Shown here piece after piece: positions 8,674 through 17,773 of a stretch of DNA of 64,000 nt. The stretch covers positions 1 through 64,000 of the IMG/VR virus record IMGVR_UViG_3300045995_000065; one strand, given 5' to 3'. A program made the position numbers and the translations under genes. Each line of letters opens with the position of its first letter. Position 1 is the first letter of the stretch. The notes below the pieces were generated by a model. The model was given only the letters and a program-made list of their open reading frames with translations, was not told the origin of the DNA and did no database searches. The stretch is from a virus.

Positions 8674-8919
8674 TTATTTTGCAGTCTTAAAATACTTAGC
8701 AAAGTCTTGGTTCACAAACTTTTGCGATGCTGTCACGGTTTCGGAATACAAAGACGTACCAACATCAGTGAAAGCCTTTACAGCTTCCTTAGTGTAAGTT
8801 GCTTGCGTGTCGACAAACTTGTTCATTGCCTTTGCAGCCGCTTCATTCTTGACGAATGTAGTAACGAATTGCTTCTTGGACTTAACGACGGAATTGATGA
8901 AATCTTCTGGTGTAAACAT
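8674..8919 (-). CDS. Phasin-like (PHA granule-associated) protein
   Basis: 81 aa amphipathic helical protein FINSVVKSKKQFVTTFV..MNKFVDTQATYTKEAVK; AGGAG RBS; PhaR-type box upstream. Confidence 0.6.
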   Translation of the reverse strand: MFTPEDFINSVVKSKKQFVTTFVKNEAAAKAMNKFVDTQATYTKEAVKAFTDVGTSLYSETVTASQKFVNQDFAKYFKTAK

Positions 8920-8948
8920 AATATTCTCCTTAGACGAATGTTTAATAC

Positions 8949-8988
8949 TATGCAGCCCACGGAATGTAGCACTGCACAAAGTATTTAT
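8949..8988 (-). promoter_or_regulatory. Late promoter plus conserved 5' leader hairpin (shared with Hsp20 gene)
   Basis: ATAAATAC-TTTGTGCAGTGCTAC-ATTCC-GTGGGCTGCATA. Confidence 0.75.
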
Positions 8989-8993
8989 GTATT

Positions 8994-9010
8994 ATGCTGC
9001 ATTGCAGCAT
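8994..9010. promoter_or_regulatory. Perfect palindrome, PhaR-type operator candidate
   Basis: ATGCTGCA-T-TGCAGCAT (CTGC-N3-GCAG) between divergent promoters. Confidence 0.65.
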
Positions 9011-9078
9011 TTTTAGCAAGTATTCTGGCTAAATTGCTTTGCGCTAAATACTTGCTACATCATTTAAGGAGAATATAG

Positions 9079-9345
9079 ATGTTTAAGAAAATTATTGACG
9101 CTACAGTTGCGTTTTTCAAAGGACCACAAATTGCGCCAGTTGTTCCTGAAGCACCTTACAAATTGGAGGCACCAGTTGTTGTAGAAACTCCTATGGTAAA
9201 TCCAGTACCCGAAGTAGCACCAGTGGTTGAGGCAGTTAAAAAGCCACGCAAGCCAAGAGCACCTAAAGTCGAAGTTAAACCAGTCGCAAAAAAGCCAGCT
9301 GCTAAAAAAGCGCCGGCTAAGAAAACTACTAAGCCTAAAGCTTAA
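9079..9345 (+). CDS. Lys/Pro/Ala-rich histone H1-like protein
   Basis: KKPAAKKAPAKKTTKPKA; AAGGAG RBS; TAAATA at 9045 within inverted repeat 9014-9057. Confidence 0.75.
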   Translation: MFKKIIDATVAFFKGPQIAPVVPEAPYKLEAPVVVETPMVNPVPEVAPVVEAVKKPRKPRAPKVEVKPVAKKPAAKKAPAKKTTKPKA

Positions 9346-10298
9346 TCTAGTATCCCAAAGTTTGCCCAATTAGCGGCACCCAGACAAACCCAACCCATTG
9401 GTCCGCCCAAGGTTGGGTTTGTGTTGAATACAATGTGACCTTTTGTGCTGGTGTATGATGGCGGCTGATTTGCCGCACTCAGCTTAACACTGCCTATACG
9501 CAAGTCGGATATTTCAGTTGTGCCATCAGTATTCAATGTGATGTTATGTTTGTTGTTGGAAGATAATACCACAGCTTGTGCACGTGGTGTACCAATCTTA
9601 GCAACGCCCTCTTTATCCTTAGACACAGTGACTTCTACTTCTTGATCCCAAATACTGAGTGCAGCAGATGGCTCTAAAGTATTGATGCCCACTCGTTTCT
9701 TCGTTACGTACAGTGTATTGGCAAGCACTGATTCTCCGTCTACTTGTAATTCACGCAACGCTCCTACTTTTTGCAAAAAGCTTTCGGTAATATCAAAGCC
9801 AAGCATCTTGCCTTCAATTACCGTAACACCATCAATAGTAATCTTCTTTAAGTCGATTCCGTCTGCTTTGATAGTGTCGGTTACTTTTTGCGTGAAGCCT
9901 GCAAACATGTCAGCTTCCAATGATGCTTGAACATTAGCAGTAACCGTTGATGACAATTGTTTGTAAAACACAGAATCTTCTGGTACCGGGCCTTCAACAA
10001 TGAACTTGCCCTTGACAGTTAAGTCCTTGGTAAGCAAATTGTTTTCCACGACGGTAACATCGTCCATCAGTGTAAGTACGCATTCAGATGCACGATCGTC
10101 TATACCAGTAGAAGAGAAGTTAGCAATGATGCCGCCTTGAATCTGCTCGCCAGTAATCGTGATCTCGCGCTGTCTAACCGCTACAGCAGGAATGCTTGCA
10201 GTTGGATATTTTTCGCGCTTAAGGAGTTTTGCTGTAACAAAATCCTCGATGTATTGTTTAATCTCGTCTGTCAGTTCTGTTTGTGTTGAATCGGTCAT
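9342..10298 (-). CDS. Probable virion structural protein (beta-rich)
   Basis: 318 aa; RVGINTLEPS and GHIVFN..GWVC..W..FG motifs typical of phage fibre proteins. Confidence 0.6.
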   Translation of the reverse strand: MTDSTQTELTDEIKQYIEDFVTAKLLKREKYPTASIPAVAVRQREITITGEQIQGGIIANFSSTGIDDRASECVLTLMDDVTVVENNLLTKDLTVKGKFIVEGPVPEDSVFYKQLSSTVTANVQASLEADMFAGFTQKVTDTIKADGIDLKKITIDGVTVIEGKMLGFDITESFLQKVGALRELQVDGESVLANTLYVTKKRVGINTLEPSAALSIWDQEVEVTVSKDKEGVAKIGTPRAQAVVLSSNNKHNITLNTDGTTEISDLRIGSVKLSAANQPPSYTSTKGHIVFNTNPTLGGPMGWVCLGAANWANFGILD

Positions 10299-11034
10299 AG
10301 GTCTCGTCGAATTTAATGCTAACTACGTGTTCGTAATTCTTCTTGATAGGGCTCTTGTACATCAAATTCTTGTGTACAATGAAGTCGTCTGCGCCTGCGT
10401 CCATACTAAACTTTGCTAACTGTTTGAAGTACATTGTGTGGCGTTTGAATGAGCCATACACTGTCAACGAATCAGTCGCATTGTTAATCTCGTATACTTT
10501 GGATTCCCATTGTGTACGACTTGTTGTCGTCCAATTATGGAACTCATTGAATACCAAACTGTCTGCACCGTTACGGATAACTGCTGGTGTCGAAAACTCT
10601 CTATCTTTGAAATCTTGATTTTTGTAATCGCGTAATGTACTTATCACAAATTCTTTAGCCAAAGAACAAATCTTGCTCACTTTGTCAATTTGAGTTTGTG
10701 AATTGGTGGCATAGGTGAAATACTCATCAGCAGCCACGACGACATCATAAGACTTTTCAATCGCAGCCAATTGTATGTAGGTGTACTTGACTTTTTTCTC
10801 GTCTAAATAAGCACGGGCAGCATCACTTATCTCAGTGACGAATATTTCCTGCTTTACATTACTGCTAATAATTGCTGGATTAAATCCGCAAAAAAGCACA
10901 GTACCAGGAATGAAATTGTAGTAGTCATAAACACCGTCTAGTATAGCTTGTTTTTTAAGTATGATCTCGGCTGCTTTGCTCGAAGCCTTTAATGCGGATA
11001 AGTTAGCGTCAGTATAGTTTGTAAAATCAGTCAT
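10258..11034 (-). CDS. Hypothetical protein, possible degenerate SAM-methyltransferase fold
   Basis: 258 aa; VLFCGF, YDVVVAADEY; late promoter at about 11060. Confidence 0.5.
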   Translation of the reverse strand: MTDFTNYTDANLSALKASSKAAEIILKKQAILDGVYDYYNFIPGTVLFCGFNPAIISSNVKQEIFVTEISDAARAYLDEKKVKYTYIQLAAIEKSYDVVVAADEYFTYATNSQTQIDKVSKICSLAKEFVISTLRDYKNQDFKDREFSTPAVIRNGADSLVFNEFHNWTTTSRTQWESKVYEINNATDSLTVYGSFKRHTMYFKQLAKFSMDAGADDFIVHKNLMYKSPIKKNYEHVVSIKFDETYDRFNTNRTDRRD

Positions 11035-11062
11035 GCCATTATTGTAATAGTTGTGTAACTAT

Positions 11063-11980
11063 TTATGGCGAGCGCACTAAATCTAACGTAACGCAATGGA
11101 AGCCACCGCCCAACGTGCGTGAATGACGCAATTCAAGGGGAATAGATTCAATTTTGTACTTCTTTAGTGTTTGCATTAACGATGATTGTTTTTTATCTAC
11201 TATTACCAAATTAGGATTGACCACTAGCATGTTCATGGCAATCCATTTGCTTGCGTAAGGATACTCGTAAAATTGTTGCGGGACTACATCAGAATGTGAC
11301 ACCCAAATCTTTTCCCAATTTTCAAAAGCCTTAGGAACAGTTGTTGGATGCACACGGGATGCATTGAGCATTACGAGACCTTCACGTAGCGGCACTATAG
11401 TAGAGTCAATATGTACGCCGCTGTAAAAGTTACAAGTTTCTATTGTAACATGGGGGAGGATGCTTTGCAACCAGTCAGCAGCCGCTTTGTTGCCACTTGC
11501 GCTTTCCAGCACGACATAGGTGTCATTTAGTCTGCATACGTTAGCAGCATCAAGAACCATACCTTTGTTGCGCGGCATTTCGTAAACTACGCCACGCTTA
11601 GTGACATCTTTGAGTGCTCTGGTTTCCATGTCCCTGCATGGATACATCATTACTGGGTCAATGATCTTTGTGCCCGCAATGAGCAGCCTGTCTCGCGGAC
11701 AGTAATTGTACATACCACCTTCATAACCAAAGTCCATTTCTGCGGGACGCAGGACTTCTACGCCAAGGTTGCGAAGTGTGGTTGAGAGGGTTTCTAAGTC
11801 CTCGTTTGATTCGTCAACAACGTGCTTAGGTACACGACCAGACGGAACAGGAGTTTCGTGCCAGGTTGTTTTATATTTTTCTTCAGCAAAGACTGGATCT
11901 TTGGTGGGCCAATGTGCGTGGGTGGCATCACCTACTACGCAAACTTTAAGAGGGTCCCATTCGTTGTGTGAGTGTATCAT
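11063..11980 (-). CDS. Amidinotransferase (glycine/inosamine-phosphate family)
   Basis: SHNEWDPLK, YCPRD, DAAN, HIDST, RTLGGGFHCVTLD (catalytic Cys). Confidence 0.92.
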   Translation of the reverse strand: MIHSHNEWDPLKVCVVGDATHAHWPTKDPVFAEEKYKTTWHETPVPSGRVPKHVVDESNEDLETLSTTLRNLGVEVLRPAEMDFGYEGGMYNYCPRDRLLIAGTKIIDPVMMYPCRDMETRALKDVTKRGVVYEMPRNKGMVLDAANVCRLNDTYVVLESASGNKAAADWLQSILPHVTIETCNFYSGVHIDSTIVPLREGLVMLNASRVHPTTVPKAFENWEKIWVSHSDVVPQQFYEYPYASKWIAMNMLVVNPNLVIVDKKQSSLMQTLKKYKIESIPLELRHSRTLGGGFHCVTLDLVRSP

Positions 11981-12222
11981 TCGTATTTCAACTTTGCCCA
12001 GAGGCGGTGAGTTTCGTTTGGTATATGGAAGCTTGCACAGTTTCCCTTTTCGTCGGTCCAGTGGTTAAAGAACTCTGCTTGCACTTTTTGCATTTCGCAC
12101 CAATGGTGAAATTCATCAAACCATGCTGTAATGCCATCACGATCGCAGTTCATTTTAGCCACTATTATTTCGTGAGTGGGAACATTTAGTCGAAGCTCAA
12201 ATGGCGTTAATGTCATCGCCAA
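11977..12222 (-). CDS. Small hypothetical protein (F..LK[WY] family)
   Basis: WC..F...HRLWAKLKYE. Confidence 0.55.
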   Translation of the reverse strand: MAMTLTPFELRLNVPTHEIIVAKMNCDRDGITAWFDEFHHWCEMQKVQAEFFNHWTDEKGNCASFHIPNETHRLWAKLKYE

Positions 12223-12731
12223 CCTGTAATTTGCAGTGTGTAGCGATCTTCTTCGCCTAAGTTAGCCGCAGCATGTGGTGTGTCGTATTCCCACCACGCA
12301 GTTTGTCCAGCTTTCCAATCAACGATTGGTTTGCCATTTACTTCGGAGTAATGACCGCTTTTCCAATCTTCTAGGAATACCACGGCACGATTGATTCTGT
12401 GTTCGGCTCCAGCGAGACTATGTAGTTGAATATATTTGACATATAGATCAGAGTGATTTGGCATGACGGTGCCAGTGGCCATACGGTAATAAGAAGTCCC
12501 AACATTTTTCCATCCCATTGCTTCAAAGATTTTAATAAACTTTTTGTTCCAACTTGGCTGCTCTGAGCGCATATCGCACATAGCACCTGTGATTTTGTCG
12601 CTGTAACCCATTGCGAGCCACCTGCGTACACTCTCCTGGTCGTTAAACGGCTCGTGTATGTAATCTAAAGATTTAAATTCGTCGTCCCAAAATTTTGGGA
12701 GCATGAATTTATTTGATACGTGTGTTGCCAT
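12213..12731 (-). CDS. Fe(II)/2-oxoglutarate oxygenase-like (cupin) protein
   Basis: MPNHSD (HxD)..PHAAANLG..RYTLQITG. Confidence 0.75.
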   Translation of the reverse strand: MATHVSNKFMLPKFWDDEFKSLDYIHEPFNDQESVRRWLAMGYSDKITGAMCDMRSEQPSWNKKFIKIFEAMGWKNVGTSYYRMATGTVMPNHSDLYVKYIQLHSLAGAEHRINRAVVFLEDWKSGHYSEVNGKPIVDWKAGQTAWWEYDTPHAAANLGEEDRYTLQITGWR

Positions 12732-13944
12732 AATGGATCACCTTAATGTTTTTGTTTGTGGATGTATAAGTACGCCACGGATCAACCACAATGCTTCCGT
12801 CGTGTATGTCACAGTAGACACCTTGCTTTTGTCCACCTGCGTAACCGTAAGTTACGTTGGCATTATGCGCCAATAAAACTACACCAACTACTGGCTCAGT
12901 AGCGATATCGTTTGTTAACGGATCAACATAGAATGGCTTTGTGCCTGTTAACTGCTCTATGTAATGTCCTACTAGCAAGCTATACGACCCATCAGTGTAC
13001 GACACGTTAGGCTTGTATGCTTTGCCGTGTATGAAGATAGGCAAGTCATTGAATGCTGCTTTTTTAACCAGGAACAAAGCAAGGTTCTCTGCTTGAATTT
13101 CTCTGGCATGCATAATTGCGTCAAAGAGATCGTAACCTAAATTCAACTGCTCTGCTAAATGCCTTAGTGCAATGTTGTCACGTGGGTGGCAGGGCCCGGC
13201 ATCTCCCATCCCTGCGGTCATGTACTTGGGACCCATTATCCGCATCGTACTTTTTGCGAGCGCTGTGGTAACTACATCTACATTAATGTTACCTTGTTTG
13301 ATGGCCACATCTTGAATCATGTTGGCTAAACCAATCTTCGCGCTTATATAAGTGTTGTAGAACACCTTAATGCACTCTGCTTCGTCCCACGTTCCAACCT
13401 CGTAGCGAGGATCGTTTTGCATGATGGGCTTATAGAAGTCAATAAGCGTCTTAGCATCACCAGTCAACGATCCATCCTCTGTTCCTATGATGACCATTTC
13501 TGGATTAACCATATCCCACGCAACTGATCCCATTGCGATTAGGTATGGATTGTAAATAAACTTTGCATTATAAATGAGTGGTTGCAACTCACGGCGAACT
13601 GTACCTGGTAGCACAGTGGAAATGAGCACTACTAACTGATGCGACAGTGCAACTTTGTTGATTTCGAATAAAACATCTTTAACTGTCGCGTAATCAAAGT
13701 CTTTGTTTGGTAAATGGGCAATTGGTGCTGAGCCATCGTAAGCAGGATCGTGCGGCGTTTGCACTGCGACAAAAATGATATCTTGCCCCAAAACGGCTTT
13801 GTGCAGTTTGTTAACGATATTAATCTTGTCACTTGTCTTGGGGTAAATATCGTAACCAGTAACATTATAGTGCTCGCCCATTGCTTCTGCACATGGCATG
13901 CCTAACTTACCAATTCCAATAAACCCTACATTTTTGATTTCCAT
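12709..13944 (-). CDS. UDP-glucose/GDP-mannose dehydrogenase family
   Basis: GFIGIGKLG, VAVQTP, STVLPGT, AECIKVFYN, GPCHPRD. Confidence 0.92.
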   Translation of the reverse strand: MEIKNVGFIGIGKLGMPCAEAMGEHYNVTGYDIYPKTSDKINIVNKLHKAVLGQDIIFVAVQTPHDPAYDGSAPIAHLPNKDFDYATVKDVLFEINKVALSHQLVVLISTVLPGTVRRELQPLIYNAKFIYNPYLIAMGSVAWDMVNPEMVIIGTEDGSLTGDAKTLIDFYKPIMQNDPRYEVGTWDEAECIKVFYNTYISAKIGLANMIQDVAIKQGNINVDVVTTALAKSTMRIMGPKYMTAGMGDAGPCHPRDNIALRHLAEQLNLGYDLFDAIMHAREIQAENLALFLVKKAAFNDLPIFIHGKAYKPNVSYTDGSYSLLVGHYIEQLTGTKPFYVDPLTNDIATEPVVGVVLLAHNANVTYGYAGGQKQGVYCDIHDGSIVVDPWRTYTSTNKNIKVIHYGNTRIK

Positions 13945-15093
13945 ATGATTCCTGTTGATAACTTTTATAATGTATTGTACGCTAATCTATTTAACAAGTC
14001 TATGGACCCTCGGTTCATATATTTCCTAAATTTTACTACCAATGTTACCACATCAGATTTATTTTTGTCGTGGACTCCGATGCCCAGCGTAAACGTGTTG
14101 TCTAAAAATGACATAACTTTGTTTTACGACCAAGAACCAATTTTCTTAGAATCAACCAAGCAAGTGTTGAATTTAGTAATGACTCTGGATGAATGGCAAG
14201 AGCATTCTGGAAATATGATCCTGGGAAATTCGGAATATTCCGACGTAAAAACTAAACTGTGCGCTGAGCATAACTTCAATGATTGGTATTACTTTTACCA
14301 TGGATTTGCAGCACTAGATTGGTACCGGGATTACAAATATTTCCCTAAGAGCAAATTTAAATTTGATAAAGTATTTATGTCTCTTAATCATTTGATGACA
14401 ACTGACAGATCATATCGCTTAACTTTGGTTGCCAACTACATGCAAGAAGGATTAATGGGCAAGGGCATAGTAAGTTTGCCGTTACGTGACAAGAATAGAA
14501 CAATCAATGAAGAGCTATTTTCGCAGGACTCAAAGCTGTCCAAAGCAGCAAAGCGATTAGTGTTTGAATACCTTTCCCCGCTAACACAACCATTTATCGC
14601 TGATACTGAATACCCAGATGGTTATATGAGCGCAGCTACAGATTTTGATTTCCAACGCACAGCATTTTGGCATGTAGTAGCAGAGACTGTGTTCTACCAC
14701 AAGAAGCTGCATTTGACTGAGAAGATATTCAAGCCTATTATTGCTCGCCGTCCGTTCCTGTTAGTAGCAGCGCCAGGTAACCTAGCATACTTAAAGAGCT
14801 ATGGGTTCAAAACGTTCTATAAATGGGTAGACGAATCGTACGACAACGAGCAAGATGATGACAAGCGCATTGCTATGGTCGTCGCACAGCTAAAGAAGTT
14901 GTGCGCAATGAACAAGGACGACTTGTATGAGATGCAGCAAGAGATGGACGACATACTGGACTACAACTTCAATCACTTCTACGGCAATTTTAAGCAGATT
15001 ATTGTTACTGAAATGCTTGATAACTTCAAGAAACTACCTATTAACCACGGAGACATTAACTTCACAGAAGTATACGATCGCCTAATGCGCTAA
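13945..15093 (+). CDS. Glycosyltransferase-like protein
   Basis: FYDQEP, HVVAETVF..HLTEKIFKPI..PFLL..LAYLKSYGFKTF..DESYD. Confidence 0.6.
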   Translation: MIPVDNFYNVLYANLFNKSMDPRFIYFLNFTTNVTTSDLFLSWTPMPSVNVLSKNDITLFYDQEPIFLESTKQVLNLVMTLDEWQEHSGNMILGNSEYSDVKTKLCAEHNFNDWYYFYHGFAALDWYRDYKYFPKSKFKFDKVFMSLNHLMTTDRSYRLTLVANYMQEGLMGKGIVSLPLRDKNRTINEELFSQDSKLSKAAKRLVFEYLSPLTQPFIADTEYPDGYMSAATDFDFQRTAFWHVVAETVFYHKKLHLTEKIFKPIIARRPFLLVAAPGNLAYLKSYGFKTFYKWVDESYDNEQDDDKRIAMVVAQLKKLCAMNKDDLYEMQQEMDDILDYNFNHFYGNFKQIIVTEMLDNFKKLPINHGDINFTEVYDRLMR

Positions 15094-15100
15094 ATACTGT

Positions 15101-16015
15101 ATGAAAATAAATGAGATCATCTGCGAAGACGTGTCACAAGGCGACTTTGCTCAAATAGAGCGATTTGCTGATGCGCTATGGGGCAGGCTTGGCATTGACG
15201 TAAAATTTACTTGGCACTTCATGCAACGTGTAAACGATGTGCGCAACGGTAAGCCTATCACCACGGCTGAGCTTATTCGTATGTTCAAGAAGGAATATAT
15301 GAAGTACGGCAAAGATGTGTCTAGCATGGACAACTCAGTAGAAGCAGTCTTCAAAGATGCGATGACTGCTATCAACTTGCCATTCGTTATCAAAGACACC
15401 CCGCAAGGTAAAGAGCTTATCGCCAAGACTACGATGCGTAAGCCTAACTTTAAGACTCGTCCCGGCCAACCAACGTATGTCATTGACGATGTTAACTTGC
15501 CTAAAGATCAGTGGGAGACATTGATCTCTACTGCTGACAAAGAGGAGGTTGGTGACAACCTTGTGCAGTTAGTGCAGCAAGCATATAACGCTACACCTGA
15601 AGGTAGCTTTGTAAACAGTATGAAAGACGTCATCCCGTCTGACTGGGAAGTAATTGACTGGGACGGCGACCAAAGTATCAATGCCACAGTATTCTTCCGC
15701 AAGCCACGTGGCAATGAAAACTGGCAAGGCTATAAGATACAAGGGTTGGGTCACGATGGCCAACGTGCGTCTAAGGATCGCGCTATCAAGAAGATGATAC
15801 AGATGCTTGAGACTCGTGGTTATTGGTTAGAAGGATCAGACGCAATGCGGGCAGTGCTTAAACGTTACCAAGTCATTGCAGTGTCAAACGAGCAATTCCT
15901 GCAGCGTCTGTTCAATGACTCACAGCTACGCATGGTGAACCACGACACATACCAACGTAAACTAAGCAACCGTGTCATCACTGAATCTGTCTTTGGAAGG
16001 CCTATTCTGCGATGA
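15101..16015 (+). CDS. Putative head-internal protein, two modules
   Basis: MKINEIICE N-terminus; TAAATA 4 nt upstream. Confidence 0.7.
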   Translation: MKINEIICEDVSQGDFAQIERFADALWGRLGIDVKFTWHFMQRVNDVRNGKPITTAELIRMFKKEYMKYGKDVSSMDNSVEAVFKDAMTAINLPFVIKDTPQGKELIAKTTMRKPNFKTRPGQPTYVIDDVNLPKDQWETLISTADKEEVGDNLVQLVQQAYNATPEGSFVNSMKDVIPSDWEVIDWDGDQSINATVFFRKPRGNENWQGYKIQGLGHDGQRASKDRAIKKMIQMLETRGYWLEGSDAMRAVLKRYQVIAVSNEQFLQRLFNDSQLRMVNHDTYQRKLSNRVITESVFGRPILR

Positions 16016-16842
16016 AGATAAACGAGATCATTACTGAATTGCGCAAAGCAAAACCTCGCGAACCAAAAGCAGGTGATACAACTCCGCACGATTACAATCC
16101 TGGGTGGGAGACACTAAACTACCTTAAAGAGCAAGCATTCAAACAAGGTCAGCGTTTAGCTGAAAGCTATCAGTTATTCATGCCACGTAGAAACAATGGT
16201 GCGCAGCCAGCTCGTGATCGCAGGATGGCAAATATAGGAAACAAATGGGCCTGGGACGAAACTGATCCTACACAGCTTAAGCCGCAGTACGCAAGGTGGG
16301 AGCAGGGACAAAAGGATCTAAGTCCCAATGGTATGCAAGATGACGAAGTGACGGAAGCAGCACCAATACTAAAACCAGGTAAGGCAGAGTCTCCCCCTGG
16401 CAATAACAAACCACACGCTGACCTATGGACAAGCACTGCTAAACGTGGTGGTGATGGCGCTTACACAAGTGATTGGGTACGCTATGTCAATGATGCAGGG
16501 CACGATTGGATGGCACCAAAAGGTTACCTATACAAAGTCAAACCTGGTGCATTGATACTAGAATTAAACAGCGACCACGATGCTGAACGTATCTATCAAG
16601 CATTTGAAAGTTTAGGCACAGCACAACCTATTGACTACAGTAGTTCATACGGTAGATTAACAAAAGCATTTCCGTGGGATCAAGTTGTAAAACATTTTGA
16701 TGGTGTGCGCCACGGGGGATACAATAGTCGTGACGATTTTATATACGGTTGGGATTGTGAATCAACTGCATGGTTTAACACTAGCTTCTTAACATTGGTA
16801 GCGGAGGTTCCTATCTCCCGCTACAGGGAAGACGAATACTAA
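16012..16842 (+). CDS. Putative head-internal protein with ADP-ribosyltransferase-like module
   Basis: MKINEIITE; internal VTEA; LWTST..W..FDGV..GWDCES. Confidence 0.55.
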   Translation: MKINEIITELRKAKPREPKAGDTTPHDYNPGWETLNYLKEQAFKQGQRLAESYQLFMPRRNNGAQPARDRRMANIGNKWAWDETDPTQLKPQYARWEQGQKDLSPNGMQDDEVTEAAPILKPGKAESPPGNNKPHADLWTSTAKRGGDGAYTSDWVRYVNDAGHDWMAPKGYLYKVKPGALILELNSDHDAERIYQAFESLGTAQPIDYSSSYGRLTKAFPWDQVVKHFDGVRHGGYNSRDDFIYGWDCESTAWFNTSFLTLVAEVPISRYREDEY

Positions 16843-16843
16843 A

Positions 16844-17773
16844 ATGAAGATAAACGAGATCTTAACAGAAGAAGAGGCGCCGATCCTTCCCAAGCGAGTA
16901 ACTGACAAGGAGTTGGTTGCGCTATTGGGTAAGGGTAAGACCAATGCTATGCTTCGTCACCCTTGGTTCCAACGCTACTCCAACTATCAAAAGGCATACC
17001 GCTATGCAAAAGACAAATGGGGCTTTGTCACTGTTGACATGTTCCCTTTCTTTGTAGAGCACAATAGAACTCCTGATGGCGGCATTCGTCCTACCATCTA
17101 TGTGTCGTTCATCTTCTCTTACTCTGGTACCAAGGTAGTGCAAGCACATCAGTTTACACGCCCATTGGTGCCTGATGAGTTTGAATTGAATAACAAGATT
17201 ACTGGTGGGTGGCAGCACGGCACGACTTGGAAGGTAGACAAAGTAAAAGAAGATACTTACCAACCACCAGAGCTACACACTGGTGACAAGATTCTCAAGG
17301 GCAAGTTTAAGAACAGTCCCGCCACGATTAAAGGCTTCTCTAAAGACAAACACAACCAGCCAGTGCTAAAGACTGACAAAGGTGCAGTGCAATTGTTCAA
17401 GCCCCGTGTCACGAAGTTGATGACAAACGAATCAGTGATGCCTGGTACTTACGTGCACGAAACATCTCCAGAGAAGGCTGCGCAAATTGCAAAGATGGGG
17501 TTCAAGCCATCGTACGAAGGCATCTTCTTTAACCGCGACGGTACAGGTTACTCGGGTGGTGGTTACGGTGGCGCATTGATAACAGTGCAGCTAAACATCA
17601 CTAAGTTACTTGACATGGACGGTGACGCAGAAATGCCAGAGGACTTAGACGAGTTTGCTGATGGTGAAGAGATTGCCCAGTACGCACGTAGTCACGGTTA
17701 CCAAGCTTGGGCTGATGACTTACAAATCGCTGTACTTGACCCACGTTGCATCAAAATCGTGAGCATTAAATGA
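16844..17773 (+). CDS. Putative head-internal polyprotein with C-terminal ART-like module
   Basis: MKINEILTE; internal VKED and TNES junctions; YVHETS..IAKMGFK..GIFF..YG. Confidence 0.6.
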   Translation: MKINEILTEEEAPILPKRVTDKELVALLGKGKTNAMLRHPWFQRYSNYQKAYRYAKDKWGFVTVDMFPFFVEHNRTPDGGIRPTIYVSFIFSYSGTKVVQAHQFTRPLVPDEFELNNKITGGWQHGTTWKVDKVKEDTYQPPELHTGDKILKGKFKNSPATIKGFSKDKHNQPVLKTDKGAVQLFKPRVTKLMTNESVMPGTYVHETSPEKAAQIAKMGFKPSYEGIFFNRDGTGYSGGGYGGALITVQLNITKLLDMDGDAEMPEDLDEFADGEEIAQYARSHGYQAWADDLQIAVLDPRCIKIVSIK

